A stretch of 64,000 bases of DNA, taken from assembly GCA_963668025.2 (NCBI GenBank), contig CAXXTH010000011.1:128001-192000 (forward strand), in the 5' to 3' direction. Positions 47,108-56,836 of this stretch are shown one piece after another (the stretch's first letter is position 1; each line of letters starts with the position of its first letter). Made by a program: the position numbers and the translations under genes. The stretch comes from Candidatus Hydrogenedentota bacterium. Its GTDB lineage: Bacteria > Hydrogenedentota > Hydrogenedentia > Hydrogenedentales > SLHB01. Under the pieces are notes generated by a model that was not told where the DNA came from, searched no databases, and saw only the letters and a list, made by a program, of their open reading frames with translations.

Positions 47108-49717
47108 ATGAAGATGGCGGAATTGCTGCGGTTTGGGGCGGCCCCCGAGATCATCAGCCTCTGGCAGGAACGCGAAAGCGAACACTTGCTGCCCCTGCAG
47201 GAAATGGCGGTGCGGCAGCATGGGCTTTTCGAACGCAAGAACCTGCTCATCCAAGCCCCCACGACATCCGGGAAGACCTTCATCGGCGAAATGGCGGCGC
47301 TTCACACGGCGCTCAAGCGCAAGAAAGTGGTTTACCTCCTCCCGCTCAAGGCCCTGGCGGCGGAAAAATGGGCCGGTTTCCAAGAAAAGTACGCCGCCTA
47401 TGGCATCAAAACCATCATCTCCACCCGGGATCACCGGGAATTTGACGAGGATTTGGAGAAGGGGAATTTCTCCATCGCCGTGGTCGTGTATGAAAAACTG
47501 GCGCAGCTTTTGGTGCGGAGGCCGGAGCGGATCAACGAGCTCGAACTGGTGATCGCCGATGAGCTCGAAATTCTGTCGGACCCCGAGCGCGGGGCCATGG
47601 CGGAATTGCTGCTGACCCGGCTGCTGCTGGCGGGCGTGCGCTTGATTGGATTGTCGGCGGTCATCGGCGGCACGGAACGCCTAGCGCGATGGATGAACGC
47701 CGAAGCGGTGCTTTTTGAACGGCGGCCCATCGAATTGCGTTATGGCGTCCTGCATGAAGGCGTCTTCCGTTTCCGCACCTACAATGAATATGCGGAAGCG
47801 GAGGAAAAGCTGGCGGACTGCGAATCGGAATCGCCGTGGGAGATCCTTTCGGAAAACCTGCACGCCTTCGTCAAGGCGGGCGAGCCATGCATCATCTTCG
47901 TGAAAGACCGCTACGAATCGCGCCGGGGCGCGGCCTTGCTGGCCCATCGGCTTGATTTGCCGCCCGCCACAACTGCTATCGAGGCGCTCCGCCGCCTCGA
48001 CGCGACCCATGCCCGCGATGAGCTCTCCGAATTACTGAACCTCGGCGTGGCCTTTCATAACGCTGATTTGTCGCCCGAGGAGCGCCAGGTGATTGAAACG
48101 GCGTTCCGGTCCGAGGAACTCAAGGTGCTCGTCTCCACCAGCACCCTCGCCGCAGGCATGAATTTGCCCGCGCAAAATGTCTTCATTACCGCCGACAAAT
48201 GGCAATACGACACCCGCTTCGGCATGCCCTGGAAAACGCCCATCTTGCGGGCGGAATACGAAAACATGGGCGGGCGCGCGGGACGGTATGGCTCGGGAAA
48301 GCCCTTCGGGCGCTCGATCCTCGTGGCGGCGACGCCTTTCGACCACGAGACCCTCTGGCGGCGCTACGTCGAGGGCGAACGGGAGGCCATCGAGCCGCGC
48401 CTGGGCCAGGGGCCTCTCGAGGACCACGTCCTCCGGCTCGTAGCCTCAAGCGCATGCCGCACGGAGGAGGAATTAGTCCGCTTTTTCAATCACACACCCA
48501 CAGGGATGTGGGTATGGGCGGAATCCCTTTCACCGCAGGAAATCGAAGTGCGCGTGCGGACCGCCATCAACCGCGCCACGGATGCGGGGCTGCTCGCACC
48601 TGCCAATGAACAAGGCCATATTGAAGCCACGCCTTTCGGGTGGGCGGCGGCGTCCAAGGGGGTGTCGCTGGCCACGGCGCGCGAACTCGCGTCCTGGGTC
48701 CGCGAGTCGGAAACGCGCCTGTGGGGCGACATCGACCTCCTGCTCGCCGCCGCCCTGACGCCCGATGGCCGCATGGTGCAAGTCTCCCTTACGACGCGGG
48801 AATATGACCATGCCGATTATCCAGAACAATTGCGGCAGGGAACGCGCAACGAGGAGCTTTCTTCCGATGTGCCCCTCAACCGCCTGCGCAATTGCACCCT
48901 CATGCCCTTCTTCAATGAAGTGCGCGCCATCAAGATAGCCCTCTTTCTCCAGGATTGGCTCAACGAAGAATCGATTTACGATATCGAAGAGCGCTATCAG
49001 ACCCTCTTGGGCCAAATTCGCGGCGCGGCGGACCAACTAAGCTGGCTCGTGGACGCCACGGCAGCCATCGCGCGGGCTTTCGGCGCGCATGAAGCATTTA
49101 TCAGGCGCATCGAACTCCTGGCCGAACGCACCGCGCGAGGACTGCGGGCGGAAACCTTGCCGCTGGCGCGGCTCGCGGGGCCTATTCTGTCCCGCGCAGC
49201 CCTCGTGTCCATGGCCTCCGCCGGGCTTCACACCGCCGAAACCCTTGCGCAGACGCCGCCGGAGCGCCTAAAACACTGGATGCCTTTAAGCGCCGCCCGG
49301 CGCATTGCGGCGTGGGCGCTCGAATCCACTGGGCTGAAACCGGAAACCGCCATGCCCATTCCTCGGGATGAACCGGTGTTGATTGTCGATGGCCGCAGGC
49401 CCTGCCAGATCGAGTTCGAGGGGAAAGTGGTGCCTCTGCAGGATAAACAATACCGAATGATGGAACTATTGGCGGCGCATCCGGGCGAATGCGTGTTCTA
49501 CGAGGCCCTGCAAGACGCCCTGTGGGGCGAAACCGCCGTGGAGCCAAACCAGATCCACGTCCAGAAACGCAGGCTTCTCGAACGCATTCACGAGTCCGCT
49601 CCCGAATACGCCCGCTATATCCGCACCATTCCCCGGCGCGGCCTCTTGTTGGACCTCACGCCTGAACAAGTCCGCTTCACCGCATCACGGCAAATCCTGT
49701 GCGCCGCCGTGGGATGA
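47108..49717 (+). CDS. Ski2/Hel308-like SF2 helicase fused to a C-terminal OmpR/PhoB-type winged helix
   Basis: APTTSGKT, PLKALA, DELE, LSAV, TSTLAAGMNLPA and MGGRAGR motifs; C-terminal LQDKQYRMMELLAAHPGE...LWG...IRTIPRRG. Confidence 0.88.
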   Translation: MKMAELLRFGAAPEIISLWQERESEHLLPLQEMAVRQHGLFERKNLLIQAPTTSGKTFIGEMAALHTALKRKKVVYLLPLKALAAEKWAGFQEKYAAYGIKTIISTRDHREFDEDLEKGNFSIAVVVYEKLAQLLVRRPERINELELVIADELEILSDPERGAMAELLLTRLLLAGVRLIGLSAVIGGTERLARWMNAEAVLFERRPIELRYGVLHEGVFRFRTYNEYAEAEEKLADCESESPWEILSENLHAFVKAGEPCIIFVKDRYESRRGAALLAHRLDLPPATTAIEALRRLDATHARDELSELLNLGVAFHNADLSPEERQVIETAFRSEELKVLVSTSTLAAGMNLPAQNVFITADKWQYDTRFGMPWKTPILRAEYENMGGRAGRYGSGKPFGRSILVAATPFDHETLWRRYVEGEREAIEPRLGQGPLEDHVLRLVASSACRTEEELVRFFNHTPTGMWVWAESLSPQEIEVRVRTAINRATDAGLLAPANEQGHIEATPFGWAAASKGVSLATARELASWVRESETRLWGDIDLLLAAALTPDGRMVQVSLTTREYDHADYPEQLRQGTRNEELSSDVPLNRLRNCTLMPFFNEVRAIKIALFLQDWLNEESIYDIEERYQTLLGQIRGAADQLSWLVDATAAIARAFGAHEAFIRRIELLAERTARGLRAETLPLARLAGPILSRAALVSMASAGLHTAETLAQTPPERLKHWMPLSAARRIAAWALESTGLKPETAMPIPRDEPVLIVDGRRPCQIEFEGKVVPLQDKQYRMMELLAAHPGECVFYEALQDALWGETAVEPNQIHVQKRRLLERIHESAPEYARYIRTIPRRGLLLDLTPEQVRFTASRQILCAAVG

Positions 49718-49724
49718 GTTTCAT

Positions 49725-50168
49725 TCAAAACTGCTCCAACTGTTCGCTTAATTTTTCGGCGGTGGAGAGTAAACGGTTGATTTTCTGGATGCGTTCCATA
49801 TTATCCGCTTCTTCCGCTTCGCTAAGCGCCGTATCGAGCGCTTTTATCATAAGAGCCAGTTGCTCGCGCATCTGGCTGCCGATTTCATGGCGTCCCGGCA
49901 TGCGTTCCGCCAGCGCAACCCGTGTTCCGGCGGGCACCCCCATCAGTTCTAACATGCGTGCGTGCGCGGGATCTTGCGCAAGCCCCACGGGTTCAATCAC
50001 CCGGATCAAGGCATGGTGGCGGACAAAGTGCATAAACTCGCCCTCATCGATACCCTCACACGCCTTATCCTGGCGAATGTACGATAGTAATGAATCAAAA
50101 GACACTAACGGATTCGATATTTGCCCCAGATAACGAAGGCACCGCTGTTCCGCCGCTTCCAGTATCAT
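49725..50168 (-). CDS. Hypothetical protein
   Basis: ATG at 50168 with GAAAGGTG SD; 147 aa, helical C-terminus. Confidence 0.65.
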   Translation of the reverse strand: MILEAAEQRCLRYLGQISNPLVSFDSLLSYIRQDKACEGIDEGEFMHFVRHHALIRVIEPVGLAQDPAHARMLELMGVPAGTRVALAERMPGRHEIGSQMREQLALMIKALDTALSEAEEADNMERIQKINRLLSTAEKLSEQLEQF

Positions 50169-50202
50169 AAACCAACACCTTTCCATTACATGATTAACCG
50201 CG

Positions 50203-51946
50203 TCATTGTACATTACTTGCCTGTTCCGTATGGAATTCGTCCAACTTCGCATAATCTTGGAGCGATAACCAAGGGCGCGCCCGCTCCCGCAGGGCTTCCC
50301 AAGAATCTGGCGGTGAAACGCGCGCCAGCCGCACCCATGCTTCGACCATGCCAGGCGTACGAAAAACGGAGGCTTCCAAGCATTCGCGGGCTTCCTCGTT
50401 TGCGCCACGGGCCTGGGCCAGCGCTCCAATCAACAAATACAGCGGACCCGTATCGAGCCCATGCAACGCCATGCGCGCCTGCGCCTCCGCTTCATCATAT
50501 TGCTTCGCCCGCGCCAGCGCGATAGCATAGTTATGCCGGCCCAAGGCGGAAGGCCAAAGGTGGTCCATTGCTCGGATATACGAAGGCAGAGACGGCCCGC
50601 CCATCCAAAAACTCGATATCCGCCGACCGCAATAAAAAACTAGGCCAAATGCCCGCCCACGCCATGAACGCGGCAAGCGCTATCGTTGCGCCAGGAATCA
50701 TGATAGCCGCCTTTCGTGATTCGGCGCGAACCGGAGCATCACGCGCCAGCAACATCCCAGCAAACAGCACCCCCGCCAAAGCATGTGGCGCGCTATGGAA
50801 AGGGAAATTGGCCAAAGAGAAAATCAGCAGCACCAGCAGCACCAGCCATTCCGGCCCGCGCCGTCGCGACAGCCGCGCCAGCATCCAACACGCACACAGG
50901 ACACCCAGAACACCCGCCTCGGCGGCAAGTTCAAGCGGGTCCGAATGGGCATGCTGGACATGGCGGTCCGTCCAATACGGGTTTGTTCCATCCTCGTCAT
51001 GCAGCGCCTCGCCCATATACAAGGGGCTCCAGTATAAATAATTCCCCAAACCTACGCCCGCCGCCGGATGCGCCGCTATCATCCGCAACGTTCCATCCCA
51101 CATCCACAATCGTGCACGGACTCCCGTGCTTTCCAATGTGGCCGCCCCTTTCACCCGCTCCATGAAACGCGCAGGCTGCAGGGCCACCAGCCCAGTTATC
51201 ACACCCGCCAGTAATAAAACCAACAAGCCCGCACGGCGCATGGAAATGGGCCGGGGGAAAGCGGCGGCCCCCAAGCCCACGCTCGCCGCGATCCAGGCCG
51301 AACGGCATTCAGATAACGCCACCGCCGCCGCCATAAGCAATACGCCCGCGGCTGCAATCACGCTGAGCCGCTGGCCGCGTAAAAAACGATATACGAAAAG
51401 GGGTAGAGCCATGGCCGCATAGCCGCCAAGCAGATCCGCATTCCCAAAAACGGAATACATGCCTGGCGCAAGCGAGGGCCTATCGGGAAATAGAGGGGAG
51501 GCAAGCCCCGCGCGCTGCAACAGAAAAAGCAGTGACACCAGGACAGCGGAAATCAAAAAAGCATTTGTAAATCGATACCGCCAGCACGCATCCCGAAGCA
51601 GATCAAACGCAAGCGCCCCAGCCAAAAGCAACAGCGCGCCGCGCGCCAAGCTTTCCGCCGCATAGGTGCGAACCGTTGCGCCTCCCGCCAAGAGATGGAA
51701 TACCAGCACCCACAGGAGAAACAGCCAAACCGGGCCAAACGCCCAAATGCCCTGCCACCGCATGCGCCCGCGCAGAAGCGCCATCGTAGAGGCCATTGCC
51801 AAGGCGAAGTAAAGGACGGCTTCTTTGGCGTGCAGAAACGACAACAAATGAAAAGAATAGGGCACGGCGCACAATGCGGCACCCACGCACAACACATGTC
51901 CGCGCGCATATTCCAGTCTTTCCCATTCTATTCGTTTCACACACAA
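50203..51946 (-). pseudogene. O-antigen ligase-family protein with TPR tail, split by a +1 frameshift near 50590-50605 (possibly a sequencing error)
   Basis: SVFGN, HPAAGVGLGNY and HAHSDPLE in 50531-51946; TPR part in the second frame (50203-50676); removing one base gives LDGRPSLPSYIRA. Confidence 0.75.
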
Positions 51947-52045
51947 TCCCTATGCAGAGAAAACCATACTCCGTTTGTTCACCCCTGAGTACGCGATCAT
52001 GCTAGAATCCAGCCCATGATCGCAACCTATTTGGGATAAATCCGC

Positions 52046-55000
52046 ATGCACAAAAAGCTGCTTTCCGGGCTGATGCCCATTTTGCTGGCCGCCTCCATCG
52101 CCAGCGCACAAGAACCGTTGATCAACATGGTTGACCGGGGTTATGTCGCCGACTGGGTTTTCTGCGGCCCCTTCACGGCCGATGCCGATGGCGGCATCAT
52201 AACGGCGCTTGAACAAAGCGCCTCGCCATTAGGCGCTCGCGATTACCTCGAATCCATGGGAGGCGTAAGCCGCGCCCGTCCTCGAGCAGGCAGCGCCGTT
52301 ACCGGACCAGATGGCGCTTTCACCTGGAACGCCCTGCAGGCGGACAGCGAATTGCTCGACCTTACAGAAACCTTCAAAGACCAGCGCGAAGGCGTCATGT
52401 ATTTCGCTTTCTCCTGCTATAATCCGCTGCAAGCAACGGTCTATATCGATTTGCAGACCCCTCTTGGCGCACGAATGTGGATCAATGGCTTCCCTGCCGT
52501 GGATATACAACCCGCTTCTTTCGAGAATGCAGGCGTCAACCGCTTTCTTGCGCGCGTCCGCAGCGGTGAAAACTGGATCATCATTGAAGCCCCATTCGCA
52601 TCATTTCCCGCTCTCGCCCAAGCCACCGGGATCCCAGAAGACCGTTTGCGCGCACGCGGATTCCCGAACCGCCCCCTGCTGCCCGCCAATAGCAGCTTCG
52701 AAATCGCCATGCGGATACTGCCCGTGCGGGCTATCGGTGATGTCGCTTACATTCCTATACTCGAGCCCCAGCGCTCCTTCAGCGACGAAAATGGCGTTTT
52801 AAAGCAAGGCGCACTGCTCACGTTTTTCAATCCGGGCAAAGAAGCTTCATTCCCCATTTCCATCCAGACCACGGTGCAAGGCCAATCCCCTTCGCCGGAA
52901 CAGGTGGTCCTGCCGATTCCCCCACAGACTCAATATGAAGCCTTATTGGCTATCCCATTGGGAAGCGCCGCGCCCGGCCAGACCCTGGATATAAAGGTGC
53001 TGCTTACCACCAAACGGAACCAAGAAGAGTTCACGGCTCCCCTGGCCGCGGGCCAGCCGCCCACGAAGGGGCACGTATATGTCGTGCCCGGCGCTACCTA
53101 TCATCCGGGGTATCCAGAAGAACAACGCGAAGCCATGGCGCGCCGCCTTGCGGAGCTGGATCAACAGATGGCGCTGGCGGGCGCGGAACGTGATTATGGC
53201 TTTTATCTGGGGGATCTGCCGTATTGGAAGAGCTATCTCGCCACGCGCGAAACGGCCCGCGAGGCGCTCCCTGCTTTGGCCGCTGCCGGCCGTAGCGCGC
53301 CCCAAGCGGGATATGGCATGCTGGACGAACGAATCGTCGGAGGCGAACTGCTGGCGCGCAATTGGGCGTATGGCCGCATTGCCGCCGAACGCCTGCTCGG
53401 TTCTGGCGGCGGCTGTTACTACGCATGGGACGTCCCCGCGATTTGCCCACAAACGCCTCAATTGCTGGCCAAGAGCAATATTAGCGGCATTTTGACGGAT
53501 TTGCCAGTGCAAGGCGTTGCACCACTGTTTTGGCAGGTCTCGCCAGATAAAACGCGCTTGCTGATGCGCCGGAAACAACCGGCCCCTGGGCCGGGCTCCG
53601 TGGACACCTTGCGCCAAATGGCCGATGTGCAGCGCCGGCAGCTCCTGCAAATGGGGCTTGATACCGATGTCTTCGCCCCTATCAGCTCGGAACCGCCTCC
53701 CGAACCGTATTATCTCGGCGCTTGCCATCCATTGCGGATCGGCGTGCCCTCCATCACTGTTGAAGGCTCTGGCGGTGCGGCTTTCTTTGAGGAGACGCTT
53801 GCGGCGGTGCGGCGCGGCGGCGTGCATCTGCCTTATTCCGGCCGAATGCTCAACACCAGCCAGCCTGGCGCGCTTCTTTCGCAGCCCGCGCTCAAGCGCG
53901 CCCATGGACTCGTCGAAAACAAGGTCATTACAGCGGAAAAACTCGCCACACTCGCGGCGCTGGTGGGCGCGCCGTATCCAGAAACCCAGCTTGATCACGC
54001 TTGGCGGCAATTACTGTATACCGGCTCACCGGACCGGCTCGGTTTCCCCGGCGCTCCGCGCATTTATTGCGACGCCCTATCGTCCTACCGGCGCGCCGCC
54101 GCTGATGCGCACCGCGCCGCCGCAAACGCAATGGACTATATCGCCCAACGCATTAACACCCAATCTTCCGCGCCCAAAGAACCCAAACCCAGCCAGGCCC
54201 TAGTCGTGTTCAACCCCTGTTCGTGGATGCGGACCGATGTGTGCCGCGCCGCCGTGGCTATTGACGCCAACGCGGGCCTTATTTTGATGGACGAGAATGC
54301 AAATACCGTCCCGTATGCCATTGCGGAAGCGCCCGAACCGCCCAGTACGATGGCGCTGATCGAGTTTGTTGCCAGCGATGTGCCGCCTTTAGGTTACCGA
54401 ACCTATTACGCCGCTCCCGCGGGAGCGCTGCCTCCCAATACCGAAGCTTCTGGCGCTTCCATTGAGAACGAATCGCTGCGCGTCCTCCTCAATCCCGAAG
54501 AGGGGGGAGGAGCCATCAGCCTGCTGTATAAACCCACCGGCCGTGAATTCGCCAGCAAGCTCATGAACGATGTCGCCGCAATCGAAGAAGATCCGCAACG
54601 CACCAATGGCGGACGCGACTTATGGACAACCTCTCGCATTACACGCACCAGTGACGTCCCAGGCGATATTACGGTCATGAAGAATGAGATTTTTGAAAGG
54701 GCTACCATTTCCGCGCCTTTGGCGGGGGGCGTGGCCATACGCGAGATGACCCTATATAAAGGCGTGCCTCGCGTGGATTGCACGCTGCGGTGTTCCGGGA
54801 TATCCGTGCAAAATGCCCTGCTGGCCATTCTGTCGGGATGCTTTTCCGTCGGAGATGTAGCGGTATTCGGCGAACGATATGGCGCGTCCGTAGGCCGAAA
54901 GAGCGCGTCCATCATGGATTTGCGCACCGCTGGCGCGGATAACCCTTCCGCAACCGCCGCCCAGCCGGCATATGAATGGTCTGCCTTGACTCCAGGCGAT

Positions 55001-56806
55001 TATCTCCGGTTCAGTGAAGAAATCGCCGTGCCTTTTGGCCCGGCGGATATCATATACGGGGAAGGTGAAGCATTTGTTCGTTCGGCCGAAATGCTCGTCG
55101 AGGCCCTGGCGAGCCGGGGCATTCCGTCAGCCATCCTGCCCGAGTCCGGACCACAGAAAAGCGCCGTGTGGAGCGATTCCACCGAGTTTGAAAATTTAGA
55201 TGATGATCTGCGCTATGGCGCTGCATTCCGCATTGTCTTGGGCAATGGCGGCGACACCAAACTATGCGCCCGGCTTGTCGCCACACTGCCCGAGAGCGTG
55301 GCGCGCGATTTCAACCAGCATGCCCCCGAAGGTGCGCTATTGCTGCTGCAAGACCCGCAAGTGCCGGAAGGCATTCCTCCTGTCCCCACGCTGTTGCTAT
55401 CCGGCTCCACGCCCGCCGTTACCCAAAAACTAGCGGAAACAGTGGCTACGGCGCTGAAGGCTTCTGGATGGGTTCCTGGCTCGAAATGGGAGTATGCCGG
55501 TTCAAACAACGCCCCGCTGGCGGATGGCGGCATTGCAATGCTTCATGCGGGCTCCGCTTTGCATAATATCTCTCAAAACGGTGTGATGATGCTTGGCCTG
55601 GCGCATGGAAGCACATGGGAAAACGCCGCGGATGCACTCGATCTCGATCCAGCCGCTGACTTTACTTTTAACTATTCCATTTATCCTTTCCTTGGAGATT
55701 GGCGCAAGGGAGGCGTCGTACGGCAAGCCCAAGCGTTCAACGAACCGCTTCTCGCTGCCGTCACAGGCATCCATCCGGGTACGTTGCCGCTGCGCCAGGC
55801 CTTCCTGTCCGTTTCCGGCCAAGAATTCATCATTACCGCAGTGAAACCATCCGGATATCCCTCCGCCCGCATGAGCGTGCATCCCTTACCGCCCCGGGCA
55901 GGTTTCACCATCCGTGGATATGAGACGACCGGGCAAGACTGGACGGGCACGTTGCAAGCATTGTCGCCCATCACCCGCGCGGCGCAACGCAGCCTGCTCG
56001 AAGACGGCGGGCAAAGCCTGGCGCCGAATGGGCGCGATTTGACCTTTACCGCACGGGGATTCTCCATAGAAACGCTCACCATCGCATTGGAAGGCTTGCC
56101 AGTTGCGCCCGGCTCGTCATCCATGCCGCCTGAGAAACCGCAGCCGCCGGTATATTCACGCTATTGGCTGCACAACACCGGCGCTGCCCCGGAAGGATTT
56201 GAAGATATCAGCATTTTGCTCGAAGGAGATTTATCCAAAGCAGGAAGCCCTGTCTCGATTATGGTGGCCAATAATACGACAGACGCTTCTATTGACGGCT
56301 CCGTTTCTCTCTCTGCTTCAACCGGTTGGACCATATCGCCAGAACTGTTCAGTTATCATCTCGAACCTGGCGGCGTCACCACCCAAAAACTGGTCGTATT
56401 GCGTTCCACTGGTGAAGACACCCAAAGCGGAGGCATTATAGCGGAAACTTCCTATGCGGGTAGAACATACCGGGATGTGCTTGAACTCAATCCGCGCGAG
56501 TGCATTCTTTTCGCGGCATTGGAGGGAGATACGGTTAATGCCACGGTATCCAATCCGGGCGTATTGCCTGCGGAAGGTTCTATTGAATTAATCGTGCCGC
56601 CCGAGTGGTGGCCGGAACTATCGGGCAAAGGCCCCAGCGAACCCGTGCAAACCCGGGTCAAAGTCGCGCCTCAAGGAACCCAATCCATCCCCTTTTCGCT
56701 GCCGCCTGGCGATGCGCCTCCCTGGATCATCGTCAAACTTGCCGCCAACGGCCATGTGGCGTATACAAAAGTCGAGCCCTTCCCAGGACTCCTCCCACTG
56801 GAATGA
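52046..56806 (+). CDS. Large secreted GH38 alpha-mannosidase-like protein lacking Zn ligands, with accessory beta domains
   Basis: Signal peptide; GH38-like blocks DERIVGGELLARN, PQTPQLL, AWRQLL, VVFNP, VPPLGYRTY and IENE; Ig/NEW3-like C-terminus. Confidence 0.8.
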   Translation: MHKKLLSGLMPILLAASIASAQEPLINMVDRGYVADWVFCGPFTADADGGIITALEQSASPLGARDYLESMGGVSRARPRAGSAVTGPDGAFTWNALQADSELLDLTETFKDQREGVMYFAFSCYNPLQATVYIDLQTPLGARMWINGFPAVDIQPASFENAGVNRFLARVRSGENWIIIEAPFASFPALAQATGIPEDRLRARGFPNRPLLPANSSFEIAMRILPVRAIGDVAYIPILEPQRSFSDENGVLKQGALLTFFNPGKEASFPISIQTTVQGQSPSPEQVVLPIPPQTQYEALLAIPLGSAAPGQTLDIKVLLTTKRNQEEFTAPLAAGQPPTKGHVYVVPGATYHPGYPEEQREAMARRLAELDQQMALAGAERDYGFYLGDLPYWKSYLATRETAREALPALAAAGRSAPQAGYGMLDERIVGGELLARNWAYGRIAAERLLGSGGGCYYAWDVPAICPQTPQLLAKSNISGILTDLPVQGVAPLFWQVSPDKTRLLMRRKQPAPGPGSVDTLRQMADVQRRQLLQMGLDTDVFAPISSEPPPEPYYLGACHPLRIGVPSITVEGSGGAAFFEETLAAVRRGGVHLPYSGRMLNTSQPGALLSQPALKRAHGLVENKVITAEKLATLAALVGAPYPETQLDHAWRQLLYTGSPDRLGFPGAPRIYCDALSSYRRAAADAHRAAANAMDYIAQRINTQSSAPKEPKPSQALVVFNPCSWMRTDVCRAAVAIDANAGLILMDENANTVPYAIAEAPEPPSTMALIEFVASDVPPLGYRTYYAAPAGALPPNTEASGASIENESLRVLLNPEEGGGAISLLYKPTGREFASKLMNDVAAIEEDPQRTNGGRDLWTTSRITRTSDVPGDITVMKNEIFERATISAPLAGGVAIREMTLYKGVPRVDCTLRCSGISVQNALLAILSGCFSVGDVAVFGERYGASVGRKSASIMDLRTAGADNPSATAAQPAYEWSALTPGDYLRFSEEIAVPFGPADIIYGEGEAFVRSAEMLVEALASRGIPSAILPESGPQKSAVWSDSTEFENLDDDLRYGAAFRIVLGNGGDTKLCARLVATLPESVARDFNQHAPEGALLLLQDPQVPEGIPPVPTLLLSGSTPAVTQKLAETVATALKASGWVPGSKWEYAGSNNAPLADGGIAMLHAGSALHNISQNGVMMLGLAHGSTWENAADALDLDPAADFTFNYSIYPFLGDWRKGGVVRQAQAFNEPLLAAVTGIHPGTLPLRQAFLSVSGQEFIITAVKPSGYPSARMSVHPLPPRAGFTIRGYETTGQDWTGTLQALSPITRAAQRSLLEDGGQSLAPNGRDLTFTARGFSIETLTIALEGLPVAPGSSSMPPEKPQPPVYSRYWLHNTGAAPEGFEDISILLEGDLSKAGSPVSIMVANNTTDASIDGSVSLSASTGWTISPELFSYHLEPGGVTTQKLVVLRSTGEDTQSGGIIAETSYAGRTYRDVLELNPRECILFAALEGDTVNATVSNPGVLPAEGSIELIVPPEWWPELSGKGPSEPVQTRVKVAPQGTQSIPFSLPPGDAPPWIIVKLAANGHVAYTKVEPFPGLLPLE

Positions 56807-56836
56807 ACCGCGCTTTTTAAAAAGGGTTATATTATT

